Source: the human T2T-CHM13v2.0 reference genome, Homo sapiens
Reading direction: 5' to 3' (one strand)
Assembly (NCBI RefSeq): GCF_009914755.1
Contig: NC_060930.1
Length of the DNA stretch: 64,000 nucleotides
The position numbers and the translations under genes were made by a program. Positions 12,014-22,859 of this stretch are shown in pieces. Position 1 is the first letter of the stretch. Each line of letters starts with the position of its first letter. The notes under the pieces are model-generated. The model was not told the origin of the DNA and ran no database searches. It saw only the letters and a list, made by a program, of their open reading frames with translations.

Positions 12014-12804
12014 AGATGACAAAGCTAATAATGGTCTGATTCAAGGTCTAATTAAAATTGTTTTTTAGTAACAAATGTATGTCTGTAATAATTTTTTAAT
12101 GAATTGGTAATCCTGTCAGAAATAGATAAATGTATTTCATATTTTGGTCTCCTGATTAGAATTTCAGTGGTTGCATGGCAGCTTTCGAAGTGAACAAAAT
12201 GGTTCTGCCAAGAAAGTTACAATGATCTTTTGTAGCTATGAATACTTTTGCAGAAAATTTAACCACAATTCAAAGCCAATGCAGTGTTTTTGAGTACCAG
12301 CTCTAGAGAGTTTTGAAGATTATTTCATATTCCAGGAGTATAAGAATGGGTTGTGTTTTTAAATTTTTGACTTACATTATAAAAGTACATGTATTTAGTC
12401 TTTTTTTCTCAAAGAATACAATGGAAATAATAAGATATGTGTCTTGATAGCTAGAAAAATTATTTTAGTGTGCAAAAGATGGTAGATAATAATGGTTTAT
12501 TAAATTTGGATGTCATAGACACAAAATTTTCTAATTTGAAGATGAACATATGGTTGCAAAGATTATGTGTTTATTTAGTTGCCAGGTAAGCATTTTAAAG
12601 AAATTTCACCCCAACCCACTAACGTCATTATTTCATTAGAAAGAATAAACGCCTGAAAGAAGCAAGGATACATTCCAAGTGTCCTTAATAATCTCTTACA
12701 CTGGATAAGGTTTAAAGTTAGCACTTCTTCGCTTCATTTTGCCACAGACCAATTAAGGTCTGTGTATTTGTTCAGGTCAGTGAATTTGAATGTGGGACAT
12801 TGAT

Positions 12805-12960
12805 TGTGAACTCTGGCCCTGCCATTTATTAGCTAAAATGAACGAGGGCATGTTACTGAATGTAAAATGAGTTTCATTTTGCCTCATAGACTTGTTCTGA
12901 AAATTAGGTGAAGAAATGTGTGCCAATGTCATCAGCACATAGTAGGTCTTCAGAAGACGT
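12805..12960 (+). mobile_element. MIR fragment
   Basis: CTGGCCCTGCCATTTATTAGCT...TGTAAAATG...CCTCATAG...AGCACATAGTAGG. Confidence 0.6.
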
Positions 12961-14621
12961 CATTTCCCTCCACCTCACTCTTCTTTGTCGAGGGAGATAT
13001 GTAGTCAAGGACACTTAGGCGAATGCCGCAGAGCGATCCACTTCATCGTCATACTATTTTTTGTTGCCTCAAAAAACTCAGTGAGATTAAAACATTTTCT
13101 GAATGATAAAGTGCTCCTTTTATATTAGGAAATAAAATTAGAATTTTATATTTTAAAATTATCTAATTTCTCTCTTTTATTATAAAATATAATAATTTAA
13201 ACTTTTTGAAGAAAAAATACTCTTGCTCTCGTTTTGTTACAAGGAATGTTTATACCGTGTTCTAGGAGCTTTTTATTTTATATACTCTGGTAACAATTAC
13301 AATTTTCTCATCTTCCCATAGTCCTAAAGCCTCTTAGACTTTTCTCTGGCTTTTCATCCTGCCCTGAATCAAATGGTCTGCTTTTTCTCTCCAGTTGACT
13401 GCTTCATAAAGAAGTAGATACTGCTGTCTTATCTAGAACTTCAATTCTAATTTCATAGGTACTTTTTAAGTGGCTAAAACGGGTGATTTGAGTGCTTTTA
13501 TTTAAATGGAATGATGTTTAATTAAGGTTTATGTCAATCTTAAGAAGACTCACAGAATGACAGTACAATAATATAATGAATTACTGAATTATAAATCTAA
13601 ATAATCCACTCAAAGAAAGAATACTGTATGCTTTCTGGTTTCAGAATTAAATACATTACTTCACTTGAGCAGTGTGCTACCAGCCTAAGTGAAGTAATGT
13701 GTTTAATTCTGAAACTAGAAATTAAATCAGATTGACTGCAAATCAAACACTTTTCATTTTCTGCGAATAGAAACATTTTTAAATTCACCTGCAAAAAAAT
13801 AATAAAACAAAACAAGATGATTTCCAGAAAACTGAATTTATATGTTGTTTCCTTACACAAAGAACATGAGTGATGTAAATTTAAATATCAACTTCGGTTT
13901 TTAAAAAGATTCAGAAAAGCTATTCTATTGGATTAGTCTCCTAGAGAAAGGCCCTCTGTAAAAAAAAAAAAAAAAAAAAAGATGGAAATTACTCTGAGTA
14001 GTAACTCCCAAAACACTTCTCTAATGCCCTTATTAGAGTCAGGAAGATCTTGAGACACACCATCGTTGGTGGCATATTTAATCGGGCGAAAGAAGCCTAC
14101 GGAAGCCTGTGCTTGGGGAGCCCAGAGCCAACACTGCCATGCACATCCTGGGGGACATTTCTGGAGCGAGCATCCACAGGGGATCTTCAGGCTGATGTTA
14201 AAGCTAAGGCTATGGTGCCATAAAGCAGCAAAAAGACAGGCAAGAAGATTGAGAATTAATTATGAGTAAACGTCTTAATTTTGTCCACATTGGTTTTAAT
14301 TTGTTTTCATAGCAATGACTGACTTGGTGGAAGCCATTAATTAATTTTCATCATTTGGACTTAGCTGTATTGGACAAGCTTCATAAAGCAAATAAACATA
14401 CAACTCTATCATGGCCAGCAAATACGTTAGAGAAAGCATAAAATTGATTAAAGTTACATGTAGAGAGGATTAAGTCTGAATCTCCTGGTTCCTCCGTTTG
14501 TCTGCAGGAGTTTACAGCCCCTGCCTCCACTCTCAATATGCCCCGAGTGCCAGGCCCTAGGCCTACTGGAAGGAACCAAGCAACAACAAAAGACAGTGGA
14601 GAAGCTGATCTGGCTCCGAAC

Positions 14622-15018
14622 TGTGTTAGTCTGTCTGCATTGCTATAAGGAAATACCTGAGGCTGGGTAAATTCTAAAGAAAAGAAATTTAATTGCCTCA
14701 CAGTTCTGCAGGCTGTGTAGGAAGCATAGTGTTGGCATCTCTTCAAGAAGCTTCCAATTATGGTGGAAGGTGAACGGGAACCCGCATATGGCATGGCAGG
14801 AACAGGAGCAAGCGAGGAGGGAGGTGCCAGGATTTTAAACAACCAGATCTCTGGTGAACTCACAGAGTGAGAACTCACCAATTACCTCAAGGACAAGATC
14901 AAGCCATTCATAAAGGATCTGCGCCATGACCCAAACCCCTCCCACTAGGGCCATCTCCAACACTGGGAATCACATTTCCACTTGACACTTGGAGGAGACA
15001 CATGTCCAAACGATATCA
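14622..15018 (-). mobile_element. MST (MSTB-like) solo LTR
   Basis: TGTGTTAGTC...GCATTGCTATAAGGAAATACCTGAGGCTGGGTAA at one end and CCAAACGATATCA at the other. Confidence 0.9.
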
Positions 15019-15703
15019 CTACCCAAAAGTAGGTGGAAGCTAATATGATTTTTAGCATTTGTATTGAGTTACATTATCACTTCAGAAAGGATTTTTTTAA
15101 AAATCTCGTTTGACTTTCATTTGGTTAAAACTTCTAAGTAGGGCTTCTCCTATCTCTCTTTCTCCTACTGCTTAGAATAGCAATTAAAACTCGTAAGCGA
15201 AGTACTGTTTAACAGCTCCCTGCAGTAAATCTTTGAGTGAAGAATTAATCTTTTTTGTGATGCAAGAAATACTCTCTAACCTTCTTGTTTTATAAGCATT
15301 CTCAAAATAGCTTCATTTTAAACATAGATGGGAGGATGAGAGAAAGTAACCCTGTTTGGTTGAAGGAAGAAGCCTCGCATGTGCTGAGCAGCCCCTGCTG
15401 ACAGCTTCAGTGGCAGCTTTAGATGGTTGGATGGTGTTGAAGTCCATGCAGTAATCACAACAAGATAAGCCTTCTCTAAAGTAGTCCTTGGCTGCTCTTG
15501 TCTCATAACACTTCATTGGTGAAGGGCTCTTAAAGTTGTTCTGTACACCTTTTGAGGCCCACTCCACCACCTGTGATCACGAACTCTATGTATTCACACC
15601 ACGATTACTGTTGTGTATTCTCACTGTGCAATGCACTCTCCTACAACTTGTTCTTATTTCATTTCTTTATAATCAACATTGCGGGACCAAGATGCTCTCA
15701 AGT

Positions 15704-15810
15704 AATTCTCACAACCACATGGTCAGGGTAGAAGGGTTGGAATTATGATCACTAGTCTGCACAGGAGAAAACAGAAGTTCCAAGGGGTGTGCTGTGCTCA
15801 GGGCTCCCTG
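15704..15810 (-). mobile_element. possible MIR fragment
   Basis: TTCTCACAACC...CAGGAGAAAACAGAAG resembles reverse MIR. Confidence 0.4.
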
Positions 15811-16159
15811 CTCTCTTCAGGGAGCAACACCCTGCAGCCCAGCGTTTCCAGCACAGAGCAGAGAGGGCTGGTGATGCCTCTCACACCCAGTCTCACAGGC
15901 CTGGACGCTTGCTGTTTTCACTTTGTGTTCATAAGAGAACATGTCTCAGATTTTGCTTGTATTACCTTCTCCTCAGATTGACAAAATTTTGTGCCTTTCC
16001 ATGCCAGGAAGAAAGAAAAACAGATCACGCCAGTCTCCTTCCTTCCCAAACCCTCTGGATTCACCTACACTTCCTGGATGACCCTGTGTGTTGCTTTTTC
16101 ATTACTTCTTATCTTCAGAAATTAGTGGGCAAGCCTGTGGCAAAACAAAACTTCAAATG

Positions 16160-16442
16160 CTTTTCTTTCTTCCCTCCCTCCCTCTCTTTTCCTTCTTCCT
16201 TTCTTTCTTTTCTTTCTCTTTCTTTCTTTCTTTTCTTTCTTTCTTTTTCTTTCTTTCTTCTTTCTTTTCTTTTACTTTTTCTTTCTTTCTTTTTCTTTCT
16301 TTCTTTCTTTCTTTTTCTTTTTTCTTTCTTGCCTTCCTGCCTTCCTTTTCCTTTTATCTTCCTTCCTTTTTTCTTTCTTTATTCCCTTTCTTTCCTTCCT
16401 TTCTTCCTGCCTTCTGTCTTTCCTTTTCTCCCTCCTTTTTTG
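16160..16442. repeat. CT-rich simple repeat, (TTTC)n/(TTCC)n
   Basis: About 280 nt of nearly pure pyrimidines on the + strand. Confidence 0.95.
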
Positions 16443-16547
16443 TTCATCACCTAACTATAGTTTATAATAACTATGTGTAAAATGAAGATTTTAAAATGTG
16501 AGAAACATGTACTTCTGGTGCTGCTTAAGTAAACACTCTGCAGTTTG

Positions 16548-17037
16548 TGTTAAAAATAAAATTATTCAGAGGTACTTCTTAAAGGGTGGTGAGGAGCCTT
16601 TTGTCAGGGCCATCACAATACATACACGGTCCTCTTCAATAGGGTTTGGCAGTGGGGGAGAGAGATTAGATTAAGCTCCATTTTGAATACAGCCTGGGTG
16701 AGCGGGGACTTACAGCTGCAGCTCAGGGTGGGGGTCCACAGATGGAAAATTACTACAAGAAAATACAAGGGCTCAGCGGATTCTGGCTAAACCGACCTAA
16801 CAGGATTCTTACTGAAGACAGGCCGGGTGACCAGTTATCATTGGGGGAGGTGGAGGAGGAGGAAATGGATGGATGTGAGGGTGATCAGATGCCTGATCTG
16901 TGCATAGGTGGGGTTCTTGTTAAACTTACCGAGAGGGCTCTTGGTTGAAACTGGATTTTATAAGGAAGAGTACGGATGGGCTTGGAAGGGGTTTCAGGAA
17001 CCTGACTCAAGTTTGGCCATGCCGAGAATCTCTGTCA
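16548..17037 (-). mobile_element. ERV1 solo LTR, MER31-like
   Basis: The reverse complement begins TGACAGAGATTCTC...CCAAACTTGAGTCAGGTTCCTGAA...TATAAAATCCAGTTT; TG...CA termini. Confidence 0.8.
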
Positions 17038-17191
17038 CCTCCTTCTCTACTAATTACAATAAAACCACCAATGAAACTCAAAAAGCAAGTAATCAAGGGT
17101 TCTGAAAAGTTAACAATAGCAGTTATTTTAAGAAGAGGAGTCAAAATTTGAAGAAGCCCTTTCTGTTTTATTTTCCTCTCTTATATTCCAG

Positions 17192-17300
17192 CTTTGGCCT
17201 GGAGTCAGCCATGATGAGGGAATTCACAGGCAGCAGAACTCCTGAGACACATCCATCGTCTGTCTAGAAAAATGGTCCCCTGAGACTGAGAGTGTGAGAG
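17192..17300 (+). other. candidate 109-nt exon
   Basis: Acceptor TTTTATTTTCCTCTCTTATATTCCAG|C and donor GAG|GTAATT. Motif evidence only. Confidence 0.3.
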
Positions 17301-17559
17301 GTAATTTCCATTTCTTTTTAATACCTTATTTCCCTCCTAGCCTGTTCTTGCGGTAGCTCAGGTCCCAGGGCTCACTGCAGCAGTGACAATGTGATAATTT
17401 AAAACCCCAAGAGAAAACGTATCTTTCTTGCCAGAGGCATTGAACTGGGTAAACATGAACTGGGTAAAGAGGACCCCATGGTCTGAGAGTATGAAGACCC
17501 CCTGATTTATTTTTCTTTATCTTGTCTCTGCTGAGGTGCAGTGACCATGACACAGGCAC

Positions 17560-18690
17560 TTCAAGCCCTGAGTGAAAATCCGTGGGAAGCCGCTGTGAGC
17601 TTGGAGGAATCTCGGGGTAGACTGCTTAAGAAGGGAACCCTCTAATGCTGTGTGTGAACTGACACACGCCCTAGGCGCATCTCCAAACCAGGCCTGTGCA
17701 GAGAAGACCCAATGCATCATTGAAAAGCACCAAACTGTGAACGCTGAGTCAGATGTAAACCATGGCCAAGTCCTAGACAACCCCTAGAGGCCAGTTCATG
17801 GGATTTTCCCAAACAGCAGAGGAAGGTGCCATGAGAGTGAAATTGGAATGCTGCCCATAAAAGCTGAAGCAGTGTTAATTCACTGGGTTGAGGGACTATT
17901 ACAACAGTAACAACAACAAAATGCAACATTTTGCAGAAGAGAAAATGTATCTTCTTTGGCAGGACACAGAATTTTGTAATAAAACATTTAAAATATCCAG
18001 AATACAATCCAAAATTATTTGACATACAAAGAACCAGGAAATTGTAAATACTCAAAATAAAAAAACAATTAACAGATAACAGCCTTAAGATATCCTAGAT
18101 ATTGGAATTATCAAGCAAAATCTTTAAGGCAACTGTTATAAACATATTCCTTGAGTTCAAGGTAAACACTCTTGAAATAAATAAAAAATGAAGTTCTCAT
18201 TAGGGAATGAGAAACTATGAAAAAATAACCAAAGGAAAACTTTAGAACTAAAAAATACAATTGCTGAAATAAAAAATGCATTGGGTGGGCTCACTAATAG
18301 AATGTTGATGACAGAGAAGAGTTGGGGGACTTGAATGTAAATGCTAAAAAAAAAAATCCAATTTTAATAAAAGAAAGAAAATGTAATGAATAGAATGTAA
18401 AATATAATATCCCTAGCCATAGATATCTATGGGATAATATTAAGAAGTGTAATTTCCTGCCATTACTGTGCTAGAAGTGGAGAAGAAAGACTTTGAGTCT
18501 TGTGGAAAAAAAACCATTTGAAGGAATTATGATTAAAATCTTCCCAAATATGAGTCAAGACAAAAATTTGCAGATTCAAAAAGTTCAGTGAATGACAAAC
18601 AGAATAAATTCAAAGAAATACAGCCTAGACACCATAGTTAAATTGTTGAAAAATCAACATAAAGAACAAAATTTAAAAAGAAAAATAGGA
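17560..18690 (+). mobile_element. old L1M 5' UTR/ORF1 fragment
   Basis: A-rich ORF1-type sequence (AGAACTAAAAAATACAATTGCTGAAATAAAAAATGCATTGGGTGGGCTCA; CTTCCCAAAT...CAGATTCAAAAAGTTCAG). Left edge uncertain. Confidence 0.75.
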
Positions 18691-21020
18691 TTTTTTACTA
18701 TGCCCAAGTGAACAACATTGTTCTCATAAAAATAGTAAAAACAAATCCGTCTGTTATTGTTTCCTTTTACATAAGGCATTTAAATCAACAAATAAAGTGG
18801 AGGAAAGGGCATTTTGCTTCTGAAAAAGGATGTGCAAAACATGAAGGAAAATACAAATTAGTGGGTAAACTATCTAAATATTTGGAACCTCAAACAAATA
18901 TTTGGTTTGATTTTGAGGCAAATAAATGACTTGGTTGCTTCTTTTTAAATTCCCTCTGGCTCATAATATGTGGTGATGACCAAGTGGAAAGGCTGTAAGG
19001 TGGCTGGTTAAATATAAGAAGGCTGGCTGGAGAAATCATGTACTATACTTTTGAAAGCCAGGGAGCCTTGGAAGCTTATTTTAAAACTATCATAACATCA
19101 ATTTTTTAATTATCTATTTTATTTGCTAATAATGATATTTCTCAATTGAGATTATCCTGTTAGCACCCTGGTATGAAATTAAAGCAATATTTAACCAGCT
19201 TGGGAAATTTTTATATAATACTTGGAATTTGAGTGATCTACTTAACCCAGTCGCCTTATATTATCCAGTTGTCCCAGACACAAAGAACTTCATTTCTTCA
19301 TGTATCACAGATAGTGATGGCGAAATTCCAAATGACTTAGAAGTGTGTTCCAGTATATATCTGAAATCTGGACAAATCCCCTAGGTATCTAGAATAAGGC
19401 TGGCTCTAAATTCGATGAAGTGAAGTTCCTTCTCTTGATTGAAGGCATTTTATTAGCACATATTTTTTATGTCTTTTTAAAACTCTAGTTTTCAAATTCC
19501 TAAAAGAAAGCATTCTAAAGATAAAATTTGAATAGAACTTTAAAAACTTATTAGGGGAAAGCCTTTAATTAGTGACATATGGGTGAAATGGAGTTTCTAT
19601 AACCATTTATAATGGATTCCATTTAAAATCTTGATGTTGAACTACAGATCGAACATCTGATTCACAGGTACTTTCACCACCTTACGTCATGTTTTAGAAG
19701 GGCATGGAATTCTAACATATTTAAATCCACCCCCCCCCCGCCCACCAAAAAAAGAAGCAGCAGCAGCAAGTTATAATCAGGGTTTACTATCACCTGAAGA
19801 AGAAAGGACAGATTCATTTATGATCTACAAAATATAGGTTGAGAAAAATAAGAAAACTGTATTTGTTATCAAAATGCAGTGTCTATATATCCTAATTACA
19901 TCTACTTGAAAAGTATTTGTTCATAGCTATAGAGAGGGTGAGGGGATTTGATTATTTTATAATCACTTTTGGTATGGTTTTTAATGGGTTTTAGTAAGAA
20001 AAATCTAAATGGTGACAATCAAAACAGTTAAGTATTTTTAATAATTTTTCCTTTTTAGTTCTTACTAATGAGAACATCTGAATAAGGACTTAGTGATTGC
20101 CTCTGAAATGAACAGGAAAAAACAAGAATTTCATGTTTTTTACTTTGGTGAAGGCAAGAATTACTAGTAAATATGGTCTTGGATGTGGCTGAAGTTCATG
20201 CTACTGTGGAGAAGAGAGAAATGACACAGTATTTGCTCAATGTTTTGAGTCATGCTGCTAGAAACAAACACTGCATTTTGAAAATGTATATGCATCCATT
20301 ATATTAGTTTTGGAAACTGTGATATTTATGCCAGTTAGTTAATAGAGAAAGCTCACTTTACTTTCTTCTTTTTCCACAGCCCAGAACCAATATATGTACA
20401 ATTACCTACCTTCCTGTTCCACTCATGCAAACTAACAGAATATGAAGCAAGGAATCAGTGACTCTCTCTATTCATAAGGAGTTTCCTAATTCTGTGTAAA
20501 TAAATTTCAAATATTTCAGTCATGCTTGTCATTTGTACAAAGTTTTAAAATTCTGGAACTCATCTGAGCTTGTAATCATTGCTGGTAGGGCTCAAGCTTT
20601 TAGTCTCCAAGGGCCTTTCACTTGTGACTTGAACAGTGAATCCAAAAGTAAAAGCTCGGCATAGGGTGAATGTCGTGCAGGTCACAGAGTGGACCCCACA
20701 GCCCAGATGAAGGTTCTCTCAGCACCAAGAAGGGGGACGAAGGGAGGGCTCAGGCCAGCAGGAGCCTGGGCAGCGGCCTGACCTCTGCCTGCATTCTTGT
20801 CCACCCACTCTAGACAGTTGAGTTCTGGTTCTGAGGAGTGGGTGACAGAACCCGTCCAAGTTAGGACCAAAAGACTGAGCACTGAGAGTTCTCTCCCCAG
20901 GTGAAGCAGCAGCAGGAAGCCTGCCTTAGAAAGGACACCTCTGGTCCCCTTGGAGTGGCAGTCACAGAACAGAAGCGGGGCACAGTGGGTCCAGGCAGAG
21001 AGGCATAGAGATGGCTCTGC

Positions 21021-21146
21021 TGCAGTGACTCAATCTGTGTCCCCCAAAATTCAAGTGTAGAAATCCTCACCCCCAAAGTCATGGCATTCGGAGGCGGGGC
21101 CTTTGGGAGCTGATGAGGTCACAGAGGTGGGGCCTTGAGAATGGGT
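21021..21146 (+). mobile_element. MLT1A 5' fragment
   Basis: TGTGTCCCCCAAAATTCAAGTGTAGAAATCCTCACCCCCAA...GGAGGCGGGGCCTTTGGGAG; stops where the minisatellite starts. Confidence 0.8.
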
Positions 21147-21668
21147 GCACGCCATTAGTCTTGCAATTAATGCTATCGGTGAATTGGATGCGCATCGTTA
21201 GTCTTCGAATTTATACTATCGGAGAATGGAGTGCAAGGGCACCATTAGTCTTGGAATTTATACTATTGGGGAATGGGATGAGTGTTGTTAATCTTGGAAT
21301 TTATACTTTTGGGGAATGGGATGAGAACCGTTAGTCTTGGAATTTCTGCTATCCAGGAATGGAGTGCAAGGGCACCATCAGTCTTGGAATTTATGCTATC
21401 GGGGAGTGTGATGGGCCCCATTTAGTCTTGTAATTTATACTATTGGGGAATGGGATGGGCCCCATTAGTCTTGGAATTTATATTATTGGGGAATGCAATA
21501 GGCACCATCAGTCTTGGAATTTATGCTATCGGGGAATGGGATGGGCAACATGATTCTTGGAATTCATACTATTGGGGAATGGTATGTGCCCCGTTATTCT
21601 TGGAACTTATGCTATTGGGGAATGGGATACACATCATTAGTCTTGGAATTTATGCTATGGAGGAATGG
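21140..21668. repeat. 43-bp minisatellite, 12 copies
   Basis: Consensus CATTAGTCTTGGAATTTATACTATTGGGGAATGGGATGGGCAC; register positions 21158, 21201, 21248, 21291, 21334, 21381, 21425, 21468, 21511, 21554, 21597, 21640. Confidence 0.95.
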
Positions 21669-22583
21669 CAGCTCAGACAAATAGAGAATTCACAGATCAT
21701 AATAATTCAGTCATATTATATCTATTAAGCTGAAAAACAGGTTCTATGTAATATCATTAAAAAAAGTTTGGCACCTGATTTTCAATGTTTATGAAGTTGC
21801 AGGTGTGGACTTTATTCCAAATAAATAATTATTATATGCATCCCTTAGTTTTGTAACCACCACTTCAGACAGTCTTCTAAATAAAATGTTTTATTTCATT
21901 TATAAATTTCATTTTTTAAGTGCTGCACTTATTATCTGAATGTTCTTCTCTTGTCAAAGGTTAAATATCTTCCCCTTTTTCTTCTTTTTTTTATAAAGAA
22001 GCCAGACAAAATAAACCCCACAATTAGTGTGAAGCTCAACCAGTGTTTGATCTTCACATTCCTTCAGCCTTTGGGACTTGGTTTTCGTGCTCTTCCTGGA
22101 GCAGGAGTCAGCCAACAGGCAGAGAAGCCTGAACTCCTGCGTTCACTTCAGGGTGTCTCAGTCTTTCCAATTTTCATCCCCTCCAACTAGGCCATTTGCT
22201 GGTTGGGCCTGACTGCAATCTCAGCTGCTACTAATTTCCAATTGCCAATAAAAAAATGAAGAAGCCGCCGTTAGCACCCGCAGGAGGCTTGCAGCTGCCT
22301 AGGAATGCTCCTGTGACCGTTGCTCCGAAGGAGAGTAAGCATTTCCAGGACGGATGGAAGGCGTCCCTTCCCCTCGCCAAGGCATTATCTCCAATGACAG
22401 TGAATGCCAGATGTCTCGGAGGCCAGCCCGCAATCCCTGTGGTTAGGCCATGCCCAAACAAAAGAAAGTCTTTCTATTCATTTTCTTGGCAAATGAGTAA
22501 GAACCCATTTTACACACAATTTTGAGCTCTGAGCAGCTTGGCGGGCAGTTCACAATCAGCACACTAAGAGCTCACAACAGAAT

Positions 22584-22710
22584 CACGTGTGTGTGCGTGT
22601 GCCTGTGTGCATGCATGTGCCTGTGTGTGTGCATGTGTGCACGTGTGTCTGCTTGTGTGCTTGACTGTGCATGTGTGTATGTGCGTGTGCGCGTGTGTCT
22701 GTGTGTATGT
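22584..22710. repeat. degenerate (TG/CG/CA)n alternating purine-pyrimidine tract
   Basis: CACGTGTGTGTGCGTGTG...GTGCGTGTGCGCGTGTGT. Confidence 0.9.
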
Positions 22711-22859
22711 TATTCAGTGCATAGATCTGGAGTGATAGTATTTCCAGCAGAGGGAACAGCAGAACAATGTCCGTGAAGCAGGAAGAGCACGTGTTTTCTT
22801 CTAGACCCAATCAGGGGAGTCTGCGCAGGATGGAGGGAGTCAAGGGGCCTGCCTGGAAG

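Noticed and set aside
15789-16454. 221-aa ORF, the longest in the window
   Set aside because: It is open because it runs through the (TTTC)n tract; the product is F/S/L low-complexity with no recognisable domain.
21140-21668. CRISPR-like repeat/spacer appearance
   Set aside because: The linkers are only ~15 nt and homologous to one another, there are no cas genes, and the context is primate. It is a minisatellite.
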